In this document: positions 10,866-23,300 of the stretch, one piece after another
Numbering within the stretch: position 1 is the stretch's first letter
Layout of the letters: each line of letters begins with the position of its first letter
NCBI GenBank assembly: GCA_031763465.1
Contig: JARFOE010000176.1
Span: forward strand, 14,250,451-14,288,251
Direction of reading: 5' to 3'
From: Squatina squatina
Lineage: Eukaryota
Length of the DNA stretch: 37,801 bases
Translations under genes and position numbers: made by a program
Notes under the pieces: model-generated
Database searches by the model: none
Seen by the model: only the letters and a program-made list of their open reading frames with translations
Told to the model about the DNA's origin: nothing

Positions 10866-13800
10866 TGGCTGATACACAGTGGAAATCGACACGGCGAGCG
10901 AGTGTTTCAATTGGTGAACATTGTGCTAGGCACCGCTGTACTGGCTCAACTGAGTAGCATCTGGATTCCTGCCCTTCATAGTCGATGATCTTTCCTAGTT
11001 CCACAAATTCTTGTCTAACTTTGCAGTCTGAAATTCAACAAAGTACAGCATATTGTTGCAGGAAAAATAGATAAAATTATGGTTTTGGGACAGAACATGA
11101 ATAAAAATTAGTTAAGATTCTCTTACCATCTTTGCAGGATTGTCCTGGACATGTCCACGATTGGAAAAGGCCCTCAACATCTTTGGCTTCCTCTTGATTT
11201 GGCATAATCATTTTCTTCTCACCGTTATTATGTCCACAAATACCACAGGTCTTACTCATCATCTGGTCAAGTACAATCTTCACACAAAGACAAAAATATA
11301 TATATGTACTTCTACTGCAGTTCAACGAAGAATTATTTCAAGTGTTAATTTGTTAATAAACATGACGTACCTGTACTCTGTCTCCATCAAAGTACAACAG
11401 ATCAATATTGATTGACGGTGCTTCTATAGTAATTCCGGTGTCTTTCTGCTGAATAATTACAACATCTAGAAGAAGACAGACGTCCATTTGTCCAACCAGA
11501 TATTTTACTCTTTTAACATTTTATATAGACTGCTCTTGCTACTAAGTTAATGTTGCGAAGAGCAAAGAACTTTCAGGCCCTCTCCTTCAAGATGATTTTA
11601 ACATGGATAGTGTGTGGACTGAACTGGGCATTGATTGAGATGTGGAGGAAAAAACCCAGGTATTGAAGTGATTTGCCAGCAGATGATGACTGTCTATTAT
11701 GCTGTGTCAAAGAGTTGTGTTGTTTACTTTGGCCTTTAATATCAAAGGATTTGAATGCAAGAGTAAAGACGTCTTAATGCAATTATGTCGGAACTTGATG
11801 ACAGCGCACCTGGAGTATTGTGTACAGTTGTGGTCTCCTTACTTAAGGAAGGATATTCTTGCCTTAGAAGGAGTGCAACAAAGGTTCACCAGACTGATTC
11901 CTGGGATGGCGGTATTGTCCTATAAGGAGAGCTGCAGGGAGGATGTTTCCCCGGGTTGGGGATTCTAGAACCAAGGATCATCGTCTCAAAATCAGGGGTT
12001 GGCAATTTAGAGCTGAGATGAGGAAAAATTTCTTCATTGAGAAGTGGTAAATCTTTGGAATTGCCTATCCCAGAGGTCTGTGGAGGCTCCGTCATTGAGT
12101 GTATTCAAGATAGAGATCGATAGATTTTCTTTAGATATTAAGGGAATCAATTGATATGTGGATAGAGCAGGAAAATTAAGTTGAGGTAGAAGATGAGCCA
12201 TGAGCAGAATGATCTACTCCTGCTCCTAGTTCTTAGGTTCTTACTGATTTGAAAGAAATGCAAGTACAGAGGCTCAATGGCAGCTGCCATTTTAGGATAT
12301 TACTATTTTCTATCGTTAGTCTGCATTATCTCTGTATGTCTAATTCCAGAATGTCAGGAACAAATTATTTTTTTTTTCTTTTTTCCCCGTTGTATTAAGT
12401 CGTGAAAGAGACCCTGGTGAACAGTGCAATAGAACTCCTAAAATACCTGCTCAAATAACTCATTCAAAATGTCCAATCCATTTCTGCTCAGTGATCATGT
12501 GTATTACAAACAATCTAAGTTATCACTTCCTTTCAGTGAGGCTGCGTTTTGCTCCACCATACTGGTCCGAAATTGTTGTAACAAAATATATTTCAGAATT
12601 TGTAAAGCTGGTTACAGTGGAATACCTAATGAGGACAATCTGAAAATGAGGCCCAACCCGGCATTCCCCAGAGACCAGGATATTCCTACTCTCCCAGCCC
12701 AGCAGGGACGACCTCCGGCAGACCGTTCACCCACACTCTGCAACATGTAAATGATTGCAGGATGGCATGGCCCCCTGGACTGCTGACATCGAGCAATGCT
12801 GACTGTCGAGGTCACAATGATTCATCGTGGTGAGTGGCGGTTCATCCCTCGGTACCAAAAGACCTGACGGATTCTCTTTTGCAGAGTCATTGCACCGGTA
12901 GTGGCCACTCTCCCTCTGCCCAGGCCCCAAGAATGTGCCTCATTTCGGCCTCTGCTGACCTGCCCAGCCCTCCCCGACAGAGGGAAATTCAGACCGTGAT
13001 GCGTTATACTCTCCTCATTTTCAGAAGACGGATTATTTTCAGTATTCTCACACAGTGCGATTTATTCAAATATAAATTTGTAGCAAAGAAATAACTCTAT
13101 TTCTGCAATCCACGATTCTAAAATGTTATCAGCACTTTTCCTAAAATAAGTAAAATGAAGGACTCAGGATCTTAAGCATTTATTTACTTCGTATCTGATT
13201 TGCAGAAATATGAAGGGGTTACTGAAATGTAAATGAGTCATGAATACCCTGTTTGGAACGGAAAAGTTACTCACCTCTTAGACTTGGAATTTCCTTGTTC
13301 ACGGGTCTAGCTACACCATTGACTAACAGTTGTATTCCACTTGGCGAAGGAATTGCTTCAATGCTCCTGTTTAAAAGCAAACATACAAATCCTATTAAAT
13401 CAGCTATAAATGTCCTGCAGCATAAGACCATTGGAAAACATGGAGTGGAAAGTAAGCATTTAGACGATCCAGCCCACTCCTTCCCTATCTCACCTTTCTC
13501 CATCATGGACTCCACCCCACTCATGTAATCTCCTGAGGGAAGCTTCTGAATTCATGTTCTTGATCCCCAAAGAAGCAGTTGGACCTCGGTGATCACCATG
13601 GTGAAATAGCTCCCCCCACCCCCCACCGGCGGATAACAGAGAATGATAGGCAGAAAAAAAGCCGAAAGTAAAGAAAAAGAGGAGAAACGAAAAGAAGGAA
13701 GTACGGATGGAAAGAACTTGTCTTCTCATCTTTCTAACGGTGACCCAAATTGCTTCATATCCAATGATTAACTTTGAAATACAGTCATTGTTGCAATGGG

Positions 13801-14317
13801 ATTGCTTGGATGTTCTGCTCACAACGTGTATTTTTCCTCATTCAGTCCATAATTAACTTGCTAAGTTTAACTAATGTTTCCAGCTCTTCCAGCTTTGACG
13901 ATGCTTCTGGATACGATGAACTGTGTGATATCCCTGACAGCTCTCTGCATCACCAATTCAACGCCTGCTCTAAACTGGTTGCCCAAGCTCATGGAAATAT
14001 TGGCTAAATTGAATTATCACGTCATTCGCCATTCCCCAGTCTGACAACGTTGCGTCTTCTTCAGTGAAACAACCATGTATCTAGAAACATCAGTTAAAGA
14101 CATTAAAGGTCTGATTTGACTTACGTATTACTCAATGCCAGCATCAATTTTATTGCCTTCTTTGTCTTATCGTCTTCGGCACGTCTCATCAATAACATAA
14201 ATTTTGGAGCTTCTGAACAGTCCTGGGTCAGGACATACCAGCAATCGTTCGGTAGCGGATGTCTCAAATCTACCCCGTCAAATGACTTGACAATTTCATT
14301 TTCTGCAATGCACTCAC
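10866..14317 (-). CDS. vtg: Vitellogenin vWD (beta-prime component) and C-terminal Cys-rich exons
   Basis: ECIAENEIVKSFDG..CWYVLTQDCS, KTCGICGHNNGE, CKVRQEFVEL..CYSVEPVQRCLAQCSP..FHCV. Confidence 0.92.
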
Positions 14318-17300
14318 CTGCAGAACAATCAAAGAATATTTGCATAAAATTAGTTTATAGCCAATATAAAAGCCTTGCTAAATTCCCAAGGATTTGTAAT
14401 CAGTATTATCACGAGTAGGTTTCAATTATGGAATTCCGTACTTTGGCCCATGTTTATTGTACTACACATTGGCCTAGAAATGACTATTGGCAACACAAGC
14501 AAACGCCAGCACGTTCATCTATCATTCCTTTGGTCCTTATTTCAGTGGAGGTGCAAACCTGTTTTAAATAAAGAGGCTAATCCCTGTGCTAAAATAGGAG
14601 ACAGAGCAGCGGCAGAAGACGGTTCATTGTTCAGCCATTAATGCGCTAACAGTAATTTCTTGGCTGGTATTTCAACTATGGAGTCTCACGTCAAAATATG
14701 TGATTGGCTCCAAACCTCAAGAAGCAAAGAGCTTTCTATAGAGGGGAGGGAATTCTTTCCAACACTGCTGTTGTGCCGATTCCCCAGAGAGCATCTTTCC
14801 TTGGATAACTTATCAAATTAAACTAACACGCAGGATCTCAATGCTTTGCATTGAGGGACTTCCAATTAAACGAGGACAAGTTTCTCTTTTCAGATGAAAT
14901 CGCAGCGGCTCGGTCTGGAGGCGAGAAGCTGAAATAATAATTACGTTGGTTCATGGTCAGGAACAGTTCTGGAATCTCATTCATGCTGCTGAATCCTCTT
15001 TCCTGCACTCGAGTGGTGACTGCGTGTAAAGGCAGAGTTGTAGGAATCTGCAAACCCTGAAACAGGGCTGTCATCTGAAACAGAAACAAAAAGCTTCATG
15101 ATCCCACTTGCACAGAAGAAGCACTGTGAAACGGAAGTGGCCCGAAGCACAGTTAAAGGTTGGGAAATAAAGGGGACCATACCTTGGGCAGTTTGATGAC
15201 TGCATCGAGAGTTCGCGGAGTTGTTTGCGTCACCAATACTGTAATCTGATGAGAAGGATTACGTCGGTAGGTCTGAGAAAATCCTAATGTGTAGGCAAAT
15301 CCTGGGATGGAGTCGCCAACCCTGACCGCAAAAAAAGGTTGTCAACTTAGTATTGTGTATAAGGCACAGGGTGAAGAGAGCAGGCTGAGGCAATGCTAAT
15401 ATATAATACTTACAGTCTTCCGCTGTATTTCAGGCTCTCGGGAATCTTGCGCCATTGAATTTTGACCTTAACGGCTGGGTGACTTGCAAGCTGACCATTT
15501 GAAACCTTCATGGAAACCCTGTATTTCTCGCAGTTTTCGCCCCATCTCACTAAAGTCTATGGAATGTGAAAGAAATAAGAGTGAAGCAAAGACACACGAT
15601 CCCCGTGTACCCGAAAGGATGTTCAGAGAAGGCGAGTAGGTTGTCGCAGAGTTAGACATTACCAATACTTTGTGTGAGCTGGGCATGGCTGCATCAGCAC
15701 AGACTCTCCAACTGCTCTTTTCCTCCAGTTCCACCAGACGCAAGTGCATTCTCGGCAGGCGAGAGGAAATCTTCCCGTATCCAGTGAGCTGGTAACCTTG
15801 CTGTTTGCCGTCAGTTCTTCGAGATCGAAGAAGGACAACGAGGACAGGTGCACCCGCATCGCCAATCAAATATTGCTGGAATTAAGAACACAAACGCGGG
15901 TTTTATATTTTAAAAAGCAACACCGAGGCCACAAGAATCTCCAAGCACTGAAAACCTCTCAGAACAGCCCCAGCGAATATCAGACAAACCTGCTGAGAGG
16001 ATTGAAGGATGGATGAACCACGGCTGGAGCGTCTTCCCCTTGACCCAGAGAGTTGTTCTCTCCTGATGATACGAGCAGAGGCAGAACGCTGCCTTGATCT
16101 GGAGACACTGGCTCGGCTTTGCTGCCTTCGGACTGTGTACTAAGCAAAGTCAATTTACAAATTGACAATCTGAAGATACACATCAAGAACCATGGAACAA
16201 ACTGCCTCACTTACTGGCGACTGTGTTAATTATTCGGTATTTATTATTTAAATTCATTAGTGTAAATTGACATATTCCAAACTCACAATATGTTTAACCT
16301 TTACCGCAGAATGTTCTGATAAAAAATGATTAAGTTAAAGTCCAGACTATATGGTTTACACAGTTCCATAAATGTCCAAATATCACAGAAAAAGAATCAC
16401 TAAGTGTCAGAAAAGAATATTCTCTTACCTGACTTGTTTGGGCCGACTTGAAATTAAGTACCACAAGCTGCTGGTGTATTCTCTGTCAAATTTATTGAAA
16501 TAAAAAATCAGATCACTCACTTTTTTTACAGAAACCATCAGGTGATATTTACATGGTATTCACTACCAGCTTATCATGTACATACTGATAGCAACACTAG
16601 GCCTTCCTCAGAAACAAAGGCTCTGAAGTTCCGAAAACCACCTGAGCAGATATGCTCAGAGCACCAGCCGAAATTACAGAGCTGATGTGATTAGCACACG
16701 CGGGCAGATGCATCGTGCTGGCAAGTTCACACCAGCGGTGCCTGCTCCCATTGAAGCTCCGGGATTGTTCCAGCGCCAACATTCCCCAGCAAAAGGTTAA
16801 CAATCACACAGGGGATCAATTCATCTTGACCGTCAACCTCTCAAATGGCTGCGGTTCTGCTGAGTGTCTACTTGGCCAGAGTTCCTGGGACAGCCCCTTG
16901 ATGTTTGCAGAAGGGCTATGCAGAAGATCTGCCCAAATCCCTCTGCTCACCACCCATGTCTCAAGGGAAAGAGGCAACAAGAGAAAACCTGGAGTGTGGA
17001 ACTGAATTCCACCCCATTTTCCCATCCCCCAATGGGGTGAATCGCCCAGTTCTGATAAATTCTAACAGGACTGGACAGACTAGATACAGGAAGGAAGTTC
17101 CCGATGGTGGGCGAGTCCATAACCAGGGGCTCAGTCTAAGGAGAATGGGTAAGCCATTTAGGACTGAGATGAGGAGAAATTTCTTCACCCAGAGAGAGGT
17201 GAACCTGTGGAGTTCTCTTCCACAGAGGGTAGTTGAGGGCAAATCACGGAATATATTCAAGAGGGAGTTAGACATAGTTCTTAGGGCTAAAGAGATCAAG

Positions 17301-20300
17301 GGATATGGGGAGAAAGCGGGAACAGGGTACTGAATTTGTATGATCAGCCATGATCATATTGAATGATGGAGCAGGCTCAAAGGGCCGAATGGCCTACTCC
17401 TGCTCCTATTTTCTATCTTTCTATCTTTCTGCCCAGGCCTAGACTGGAAGTACAGGCCCACAATGGCCAATGTAAATAATGCTCTTCATTACTGGAGAAA
17501 GACTAAAATGTTGGTCTCATCCTCAAAATGCTATCACGCAATCTTCGACTTTTACAGCACCGAAGGCCTCCATTTGGCCCATCAACCTGTGCTGGCTCTT
17601 TGAATTAATGAAGATACTCAATAGGTTCATAACTGAGCTGTTTCACCCAACATACAGGAAGTTCAGACAATTTAGTTTTTTCCTCCTACAGACAGAGACA
17701 TGAGATTTGATACTGTTTGCAAAAGTGCATGTTGAAACCGATAGGGCAATATTTCTCTTATCAGATGTGCAACTTACAATTCCCCAATCACATTTAACAT
17801 GTGTTACATACAGCTTAAAAATTCTTAGCATAAATTGTTATTGCAATCTTATTTCCCTCGGCCTCAATGCACATTCTGAGAGAATATTTCATTTACAGAC
17901 ATAATTCCACATGCTTAGCTTCTGTATAATTAGAAAAGTTGTTGTTAAGGGGGCGTGGTTGGAGTGACAAATCAGATTGGCATATCATCTGTGGGATCTA
18001 GTTAAAATCCAGCCCAGACAGTGAGGCTGGAAGATGTCTGTCTAGGCTGGCTGGAAGGATCCAATGGGAAATAAATTTGTTTCGTCACAACCCCGTTGCT
18101 CGTGGGCAATTTTGGAAGTTTGGTAAATGCTAGAGCAGTGCATGATGTTCTGAGGTTGGTGCCTTATTGAGGCAGAGAGAGATATTTCCTCAATGGAAAG
18201 TGTTCCATTCATTCGCACTGACATAAAAAGAACAAATCATTGATTAGAATCAACTAAGTATGAACAGTTGCCTCTACCTCCATCGACGATATCCAGTGAC
18301 TGTGCTTACTACCACTGGTGTGCTTGCGTCCAATGATTTGTGCGCTGCTGCTGCTGCTGCTGCTGCTGCTGGTTCTCCTGCGCTTGATGTTGCTCCATCT
18401 CCTGCTTTTGATACTGCGCTGCCTGCTGCTTCTTTTGTTTCCTTTGGTGGCTGACACATAAACCTTGTGCTGACTGTGGCCTGACGAGCTACTTGAAGAC
18501 CCTCGAGAGCTGAATCCTCTTCCTGAGTTTTTCCTGGAGCTGCTGCTGCTTGAACTGGATGAGTAGGATTTGGCCCAAGTGGCATTCTGCATTCCACCCT
18601 GTGAATGAAACAGGTAACTTGTTTAAAATTAATAGTGTCTCACTGTACAGATCAAAGCAGAAAAAAGGAATTCAGGGAGGACTCTGGGATTTCTAGCAAG
18701 CCTGAAATTTCGGGGCCCATGGTGGCAAATATTTACATTAACTCTCTTGCTCTGATCTGAAATGAAAGAGATACAAAGCCCTTTAACCATTCCAACACAG
18801 CAGACGACTTTATTCCTCCAGCCACTATTGGACAGGTTTACTTGACCGGATATCATACCAGGGAACTTACTGGCTTTTTTTGGCCCACTCACTCACTGAC
18901 AACTTGTTGAAACTTCGGGAAGGTATTTTTGAAAGCTGCATTTAGCCTAATGCACACCAGCATTGTGTTTGGTTTGAGTCAGTGTTTTCATTAGGGAGAC
19001 TGTGAGATTCATTGAGAATCGCCAAGTGGATTTCTTTGCTTCCAATGTCCATCTCCTTATTCAAACCTGATTAAAGGTAACTTAGTTGATCCAATATTCT
19101 TTGATAGGTTGGAGGTGAGGTTTCAAAGTTCACTACATATATTAAACGGATGGTACCTGTGATGTTGTTTTCAACAGGATTCGTCTGAGTCCTTCTCGAT
19201 CCATGTCATCTGGAATTCTGTCCACCTTTGATTCCTTATCTCCAAGTCGGATCAGCTTGGACAGTGATTTGGATCCTGTCTGTATTTCCAGCACAATCTT
19301 TTCAATATCTGCCTCTGAATTATCTGGGGAATAAAAGGGAGTTCGTGAGTCATGAGTTGGGCACAACTTACAACAGGTCACGTTGACGAACTGGTGATGG
19401 GGGGGGGCGGCGGGAAAGGATTCATCCAGAAAGCTCTACCATGAGGTCCTGGAAGAGACCTAAAGACAACAGCATTGCCAGAAGGACTAGCTGACGAGCA
19501 TAGCTGACATTGATTGGTCAAGCACAGGTACTGAGTGACTCACTATGATATTGACAATCAGCACCATCACTGGTTAGGACCATTCAAGCCATAAACGGTG
19601 ACTCATAGTGGGCCACAATTGCTGTCTTAAGGGTAGAAGGATTAAAGTTGTACTCACTGATCCTCCAGCCATGTATAATAAATATACGCCACCTTTGACA
19701 CAACCTATGGTGATCTAGGAAATTAAATAAACCTTGCTGTTAAGAGACAGGGTCTACAACATGGCTTGTAATGATCAGAAATCTTGGTAAAATCCTCTAG
19801 TTTACAGTAGGGGAATTTTTCATGCTGTTCCAGGTTTGCTGTTGGTGGCTCCTCTCGTTTTGGGAAGCAGGCCACTTGAAGAAAAGGAACATTGGCCAGG
19901 GTGCTTCTGGCTCCCTGAGAAGACATGGGAAGACCGCTGGTCCCTGTTCGGTCATTGTCTTAGCTACAGCAAATCTGTCTTCTTAATCTCAGTCCCGTGA
20001 TTGTTCCTCTGTTTCCCTTAATGCCCTTACTTCCGAATTTCAGTAGTTCACTCCTTTCTAAATACTTCGATTATAAAAAGAAACAAACACACTTAGAAAA
20101 GACCACCATGCTTGCAAGTTTCGATCAGTCATAAGTTTCCACAGGGCAATATTAGGAATCAAAGCAATTATAGCCCAGTCTATGAGACAGCGGCTTTAGC
20201 CCAGACAACCATTATATCCTGCCTAAGAGTACAGTGGTACACTCCAGCAAGAGCAGATATAGATAGGCTGAAAGGCTTCCTTTTGTGCTGTTAACTTCTA

Positions 20301-23300
20301 AATACATACAGCTTGTGCTGTAATTCTGAGAAATCGCGAAGGTACATGAACCAAAACATTATAATTACAATCACAGTCACACCCCCATTGGATCAATGTA
20401 CTGCTGTAAGTACATATGCTAATGCTTTAGCTTCTCTCTTGTCAAAACAATAGAGCTACAACATATAGCAGTGGGCTGCACAGTTATTTGCGCCCATTTT
20501 ACAGCTGCAAAATCAGCCTTTTGAGAGTAGCTGATGACAAGGTGAGGAAATGATTGATCCACGTTGTCGACATGGGCTTGAATGCATGTGTTCTTCCAAA
20601 AGCAAACTTTGATTCAACTTGGTTGCCATGCATCATTGTACAGACCGCAAAACCTTAAGGCAAATGTTTCTCGTGTAATTACCTGGTGTGATCGATACGT
20701 TTACAACATGCTCTCCAATTATCCGGTACAATGGGCAATGTTTGAAGGAAAGAGCATTTTCCATTCTGGCGTCCAGGCGCACTTGGAAGCCGAATTTCGT
20801 TGCTTTCATACTCGTGTGATAGGCAGAGCGATTGGGGACACGTGGCTTTTGATCTTCTTCAGAGCAGGGAATTTGGTCAGACAATGTTTCCGGGGACAGA
20901 TGCTGCTGTGGAGACAGAAGCAATTGGAACATACTTGTGAGAAGGCAACATGAAGATTTTGTTTGACTGCCACTTCCAGGACAATTTAAATCTCGACGGT
21001 TGGGCACTAGATGATACATAAAAATTCAAAATATAATAGGAATTAAGAGAATGACAAGAGTTGCACAGTAATGGGTACCTGAGTGGAAGGTTATTTCATG
21101 CGACTGCATCCAACAACTGACACATACTTACAACAGTTTTATCATCTACTGTCCGAGATGACCCAGCTGAAGACCTGAAGCTTTGTTTACTGATGTGACT
21201 TTCACGCGTTGCAGGTAAAATCGGGGTCATTTTTTCCGCAGCCAAGTTCTCGATATTTCTTGAAACTACATAAAGCTGAGAACTAAACATTGAATATTGT
21301 GTTAGGCAGTAATAATATATTCTGTTCAATTTGTTATCGGTCAAGAAAACAAGATAGCTGCACTTACTTCATATATAGAATCCTGTTCTCCTTTTGAACG
21401 GGTGCAGTGTCGATCCTCAAATTTCCCTCTTTTAGGTTTATCTTTGCAGTTATATCCACAGGGAAAGTTACATGTACATTTGCAATGAACAGCACGCCTA
21501 ACTGGAGGTAAGGCATATTTATTCCCAGGAGTACTCTCGTATGCATGAACACACTGCAAATAAACAAAGAATGCATCAACCTTCAACGGACTTGGTATGA
21601 AACATAATAGATCTGTGCAGCCAATAATAATTCATATTAAGATGAATTTAATTGTTATTACTTCAGTTTCTCAAAACAAAGTAGTTTGAAGCCTATACCT
21701 TGGGTTGAGGCGAGCCTTAAGCTGAATTCTGGAAGTGAGCAACTGAGGATATTTAGAAATGGGGTAATCGGAGCGGGCTTCAACTGGTTTGAGAAAAGGA
21801 ACGAGAAAAATTAGTCACGACTGTATTATTTTCTAAGGCATGTTTGACCTAGGCTCTATAATCGTTCTATTCCGTGCTCGCAGGTCAGTGTTTTAAGACC
21901 TGTCTGACACTGAACTCTTGTCAGTTAAAACCTGCGCCAATTTCTTGCCAATGTAATTGAAGTATACAGCGTGAGGAGGCGGGAATCATCTGGCATAGGA
22001 CAGAGAAGCACTTGCATAACCTTCATTGATACCTTGTTTAGTTACTCTGCAAACTGAAGGAAACTTTATTTTGAACTAAAATATCGAAAAGAATCTCACC
22101 ATTTCCTCTGGACACTGCTACAGCAGATGAAACGACGCCGAGTTCCATTGGTAGACCAATTGTTGTAGGTACAACTTGCCGCATCTCAGCTGGCACGACT
22201 GCCTTCGCAAGATTGAAATTCAGTCCATTGTTCAGCTGTTGTATATATTTCTTCCATTGAACGTTGATTGGGCCAGAGATTGTCTGTTAAAAAGCAAAGT
22301 GAAAATGCAGTGGTATCGCAGTTGGTACTTCCGCAGAATCGGTATGGCATCAGTATATTCAAAATTATTTTATTTATAACCTTAGTACCTGTCCAAATTG
22401 ATCAATGTCCTCCCTTCTGAATTGAACAAAAGCTATCTCTTGACCAAACAGTTTGAAGTATGCAGAAGCCAAAGGTTCCTCTTCCGGCAAGTCTTTCCAA
22501 TTTACAATCTGGAGAACAGATTGGAGCATGAATACACACCTCAATAGTTCACGACACATTAAGTTAATATACTTCTTAACACTCTACCGTGAAAAATGCT
22601 CTCACCTTGCTTAAGAGGCGGCGAATACTTTTACTCTCACCCCTCCTAAAGTCTGGTGCACGAATTTTCGTTATGACCTCCTGGAGACCTTCTGCCCGCA
22701 AACCAACCTTTGTAGATTAAAAATAAACACGATGAAAAAAACTGTATTTACATAACAAACTGGTGTAATCGATTGAGAACCAGGTGGGATTGGTTGCCTC
22801 AATCTGATGGTTCATTACCTCCACAAGATCTGCTGAGCCTCCCAGAGCATGCCCTTTGACCTGGGCCAATAGTGCTGTTGGAACGATGCTGCTGGAAGTC
22901 TTAATTAGAAGGGCTTTTGCAGATACTCCCGCCATCATTTGGTCTGCATCATAAAAATGGAGCAATGAATCAAACAGGTTTTCTAGCTCCTCATCAAAAA
23001 TGAAATCACATTTGGCTTAATATTTTACCTTTAAGTAACATAGGTTACAAACAAAATATATGCTCAGTGTTAAATTACAACTTGAACACAGGCTTTTGTT
23101 ACCTGTATATTATACTAGATGTTTGATTGGATAAGTGTTACTATAGACTTACAATATAAAAATATTACCGTCTACTTTGAGGGAGGATCTTGGAGACAAA
23201 GCTGTGAGATGCAATCAATTCAAAGGGCAGTTTTCAAGCATTTCAACAGATGTTTTTGGTGTCTGTCATTATTAAACATTGTGACAACTGCTGCTGGAGT

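Noticed and set aside
12810-12822. GGTCAcaaTGATT ERE-like site in an intron
   Set aside because: Two mismatches in one half-site; many such matches are expected by chance.
18260-18597. Poly-alanine ORFs on both strands
   Set aside because: Alternative frames of the (AGC)n phosvitin serine codons; only the Ser frame fits the vtg splice phases.
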